A stretch of 64,000 nucleotides of DNA from assembly GCA_963733195.1 (NCBI GenBank), contig CAVTCR010000073.1:32001-96000 (forward strand). The letters run 5' to 3'. The notes below the pieces were generated by a model. The model was not told where the DNA came from. It made no database searches and saw nothing but the letters and a program-made list of their open reading frames with translations. The stretch comes from an uncultured delta proteobacterium (GTDB lineage Bacteria > Desulfobacterota > Binatia > Bin18). The stretch's first letter is position 1; the number at the start of each line of letters is the position of its first letter. The position numbers were made by a program, and so were the translations under genes. This document shows, one piece after another, positions 60,681-64,000 of this stretch.

Positions 60681-61664
60681 TCACATGAATGCAAGTACCG
60701 CAGCATAGACGCCCTGAACAACCTGTGCCATTCGTTGATAGTCGAGTGTGTCAGGTGTGTCGTTCCGAGTATGGTAGTTCGCGTTACGATAGAAAGCAGT
60801 ATCGGTGATCATTACTGCTTTGTAGCCCTCATCCCAATAATTGGAATGATCCGAAAGATCGATGCCAGGGACAATTCTTGGAGCGTTGATCGAGTACACT
60901 GGTAATGGTGAAGCGCTTTGCATTGCTTTCTTGACCCGACGAACTGTAAGCCCTTGTGTGAAATTACCGACAACCGCAATGAAATTGCCTTGCGAGGGAT
61001 AAAATGCGGCCAGCAAAGAGAAGGGAAAACGCTGGCTGTGTGGCGCGTCGTTGAAATATCCGATCATCTCCAACGAGAACATGACGCGGACTGTCAGACC
61101 TCGCGCTTTTAACGATCGAGCATGCAGGGCACTTCCCATCAGCGAGGTACGGAAGAATGGTTGTTCTTCAAGGGTGAACCCGACCAACTCGATGCAGGTC
61201 TGGGGAGGATTTTTGCTTATGAGGTATGCAAGCTCAATAAGACCGGCGACGCCGCTGGCGTTGTCATCCGCTGCTGGTAGCGTCCCTGCTGCATCATAGT
61301 GAGCCCCTACTACGATACAGTCCTTCGCATGAGGACCAAACCGTGCAACGACATTCCGGTAGGTGATACTTCCTATCGGAAAAGGCTGCTCAGTAATGTA
61401 TCCTCCTGCTTCCTCGAACTGTTGACGAATGTAGGCTGCGGCGCGATCTAAAGTGTCTGGCGTTCCCGCATCTCGCGGAAAGAATGTTTCAGAGAGTTGC
61501 CGGACGTGGGTTTGCAGACGGGAAGGGCTCACCGCTATCACGTGACGTTCTCCTGGGTCGAGTATCACAGGTTGTGTAACCCACCCCCAAAGAATGAAGA
61601 GGAAGAGAAACCCCCAAATAAGTAGGAACAGCCCTCTGCGCAGCAAGCGAGATAAGACTTCCAT
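60681..61664 (-). CDS. M28 family peptidase
   Basis: GAHYD, ADDNASG, LEE, LEMIG, SDH, YH. Confidence 0.9.
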   Translation of the reverse strand: MEVLSRLLRRGLFLLIWGFLFLFILWGWVTQPVILDPGERHVIAVSPSRLQTHVRQLSETFFPRDAGTPDTLDRAAAYIRQQFEEAGGYITEQPFPIGSITYRNVVARFGPHAKDCIVVGAHYDAAGTLPAADDNASGVAGLIELAYLISKNPPQTCIELVGFTLEEQPFFRTSLMGSALHARSLKARGLTVRVMFSLEMIGYFNDAPHSQRFPFSLLAAFYPSQGNFIAVVGNFTQGLTVRRVKKAMQSASPLPVYSINAPRIVPGIDLSDHSNYWDEGYKAVMITDTAFYRNANYHTRNDTPDTLDYQRMAQVVQGVYAAVLAFM

Positions 61665-61820
61665 TCTTATCGCAACTTAACACTGGTTATCGTGTCTCGC
61701 GATCCTATCGAAAAATTCTGACAGTATAGTTGTGATCTTCCCGACACGAAGTTCAGGAGGCGGTGGAAGCGTCACGCGAGTTAGGCTTATGATGCGGCCG
61801 CCGCTACTGGACAGCCCACC

Positions 61821-63755
61821 CTACGGTACCGATTCTGAGCTGACTGTGTTATTGCTCTCGTTGCGTTCTGCCTCACTATTCGCCGGGTCGAGCACAGCGA
61901 TGACAAAAAGCCCCGAAGCATTGCTGCCAGTTGGCAGAGTCACTTTTAATTTCTTCTTTTTCGTCTTTCCTATTTTGATACTGCTCGTCGTTGTGCTTGC
62001 CAGCGAGGTATCGCCAGCCTCAAAAGTCGAGTTCGCAGAGAGATAGAACTGTAGGGAGGCTGAGGACGCCTTTTGATTGCCTTGGTTCTTTACGATAAAC
62101 GTTCCCTTGAGCTTACACTTCTGCGTTGCTCCCGAGCCTTTACAGCTTTGTGTGAAACTTTGCCAAGTGCCGGTGAAGTCTGGACCGTCGGCTGGCGGCT
62201 GCGGTGATGGAGGACTAGAGGAAACGGTGGTGACAGCGGTGGCAGTGTCGTTTTCAGCAGTTGAGTCGGCGGTGCTCCCTGACACATTGACAGAGAGGCT
62301 GAGTCCTCCGCTCGCGGTTGGTTTGACGGTCAGCGTGACCGTTGCTTTGCTACCACTGGCAAGGGTGTTGAGTTGACAATTCACCATCGTCGTTCCGGTA
62401 CACGACCCTTGTGACGCAGAGGCAGAAACAAACGTCACACTTGCCGGTAACAAGGTGCTCATTTGTGTGCCAGTAGCTGATTCTGGCCCATTGTTGGTAA
62501 TCGTGACCGTGTAGGTAAGTTCGTTATCGACAGTCACCGGGTCAGGCGTTTCGGTAACGGAGATTGCTAAATCCGCACCAGAAGGGGCATTAGGATCGGT
62601 GACGCGATAGATATCCCCATTGCCGAGATCCGCTAGATACACTTCTCCAGCCTCATCCTCACCAAAGGTGCTGACAGAATAGGACGTATCGAGGAGACGC
62701 CCATTCTGAACCGTCGTACCTGTGCCCTTCAGCCCCCAAATGGTGCCACTGCAGTAATCACCATAGAAGTAGACGCCTTGCAAACGTGAGTACTGTTGGC
62801 CGCGGTAGACCACTCCACCAGTGACGGAGCATCCTTCTGAGTGGCTGTACTCGGCGATGGGAAGGACAAGGCCGGATTGGTTGCATGAACTATTATTGAA
62901 GCAATGCTTGCCTTCCATAATGTTCCAGCCGTAATTCTCGCCGCCAAAGCTGGCGCGTGGCTGAAAATCGATTTCTTCGTATGTTCCTTGACCGACATCG
63001 CCGATATAGAGATCGCCAGTTTGTCGATCAAACGAAAACCGCCAGGGATTGCGCAATCCCAGTGCCCAGATTTCACTGCGATAAAAGCGGCTCTGGACGA
63101 AGGGGTTATTCACCGGGACGGCGTACGGTCGTACACCTGACTCTACATCGATGCGCAGTAATTTACCCAACAGCGTCTCTGGTCGTTGTCCGTTCCCTTG
63201 CGGATCGCCGCGAGAGCCACCGTCACCCATGCCGATGTAGAAGTACCCATCGGGACCGAAAGCGAGTTGACCGCCATTATGATTGGAGAACGGCTGCTCA
63301 ACGGTCAGAATAATTTCTTCGCTATTGGGATTGGCAACATCGGGATCTGAGGTGACACGATAGCGAGCGACAACCGTATCTCCATCGTTGTTGGTATAGT
63401 TGACGTAGAAGTAGCCTTTGTTGGCGTAGTTCGGAGGAAAGGCCACACTGAGGAGCCCACGTTCGCCACAACAACTGACGCGCACAGCAATGTCGAGAAA
63501 CGGTGTGCCGAGGAGGGTCTGATTCTTGACAATACGAATACGTCCCTCTTGTTCGACAACAAAGAGCCGCTGGCTGCCATCATCAGCATGGGTGATATGG
63601 ACGGGATTATCAAAGCCGCCCAGGTAATGGGTGAGTGTAATAGTTGGAATCTGAGATTGGTCATTGCCTTGCGCGTAGAGTGAAGATTTTGTACTCCACG
63701 GCAGCAAAAGGAGAATAGTCAACTCGAGACACAAACGAGTGAGCGTAGTCCGCAT
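61821..63755 (-). CDS. Secreted PQQ-dependent sugar dehydrogenase (GSDH) with DUF11 and CARDB-like Ig domains
   Basis: GERGLL, NHNGG, GLRNPWR; ADLAISVTETPDPV..LTYTVTITNNGP; ERNESNN. Confidence 0.88.
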   Translation of the reverse strand: MRTTLTRLCLELTILLLLPWSTKSSLYAQGNDQSQIPTITLTHYLGGFDNPVHITHADDGSQRLFVVEQEGRIRIVKNQTLLGTPFLDIAVRVSCCGERGLLSVAFPPNYANKGYFYVNYTNNDGDTVVARYRVTSDPDVANPNSEEIILTVEQPFSNHNGGQLAFGPDGYFYIGMGDGGSRGDPQGNGQRPETLLGKLLRIDVESGVRPYAVPVNNPFVQSRFYRSEIWALGLRNPWRFSFDRQTGDLYIGDVGQGTYEEIDFQPRASFGGENYGWNIMEGKHCFNNSSCNQSGLVLPIAEYSHSEGCSVTGGVVYRGQQYSRLQGVYFYGDYCSGTIWGLKGTGTTVQNGRLLDTSYSVSTFGEDEAGEVYLADLGNGDIYRVTDPNAPSGADLAISVTETPDPVTVDNELTYTVTITNNGPESATGTQMSTLLPASVTFVSASASQGSCTGTTMVNCQLNTLASGSKATVTLTVKPTASGGLSLSVNVSGSTADSTAENDTATAVTTVSSSPPSPQPPADGPDFTGTWQSFTQSCKGSGATQKCKLKGTFIVKNQGNQKASSASLQFYLSANSTFEAGDTSLASTTTSSIKIGKTKKKKLKVTLPTGSNASGLFVIAVLDPANSEAERNESNNTVSSESVP

Positions 63756-64000
63756 ACCAACCTCCATACCCAGTTTTTGAGACTGGGAGCCATGTCTCTT
63801 TTGTAGCATGCACGGAGAGGACTATCCTAGCGTTGGAGGCGATCCCAGGTTCGGATTTCAGCCGACGAGCACTGCTCGGATGCAGAGAACAACTACTCAC
63901 ATTTTCTATGAGCGCTGTCTTTATACGAGGCAGGGAGATAGGTGGCAGTTAATACGTGGAACGTCTAACCCTTTCTCAGTCACGAGATGCTGTGAACAGC

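Noticed and set aside
61675-61786. attC-like GCCTAAC...GTTAAGT on the minus strand
   Set aside because: No L boxes or internal complementarity, and the flanking genes are not cassette-like.

Overview
A ~54% GC bacterial chromosomal window (GC estimated by eye). Its gene content (family-III CoA transferases, amidohydrolase_2, TPR/ATPase, ACADs) resembles deltaproteobacteria-like/Binatia genomes, but taxonomy cannot be proven from the sequence. It holds about 50 CDSs and no rRNA, tRNA or CRISPR array. Main signals: (1) a seven-gene operon (27843-19935, minus) joining a PspA/IM30 (bacterial ESCRT-III family) protein, a classical-clade AAA+ ATPase, a Lys/Ala-rich histone-H1-like protein, a substrate-binding protein fused to an OmpA-type peptidoglycan-binding domain, an ABC permease and ATPase, and a 2-TM coiled-coil protein. 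(2) A second PspA in an operon with an LplT-Aas lysophospholipid-repair fusion and a ~2100-aa multi-TM protein, preceded by a consensus sigma54 promoter, with a bEBP gene ~4 kb away. (3) A storage-lipid/PHA locus (Rv0474/MLDSR-like regulator, phasin-like gene, lipase-like gene, phaE-like and class III phaC) with a shared exact 14-bp upstream motif. (4) Two integron gene cassettes with attC sites but no integrase. (5) An ISL2-group IS5 element with TIRs. (6) Several REP-like and 7-/11-bp periodic repeat families, some inside protein linkers. At least seven genes carry single-base frameshifts, most likely long-read consensus errors. All family calls are motif recognition by eye; no database search was run.
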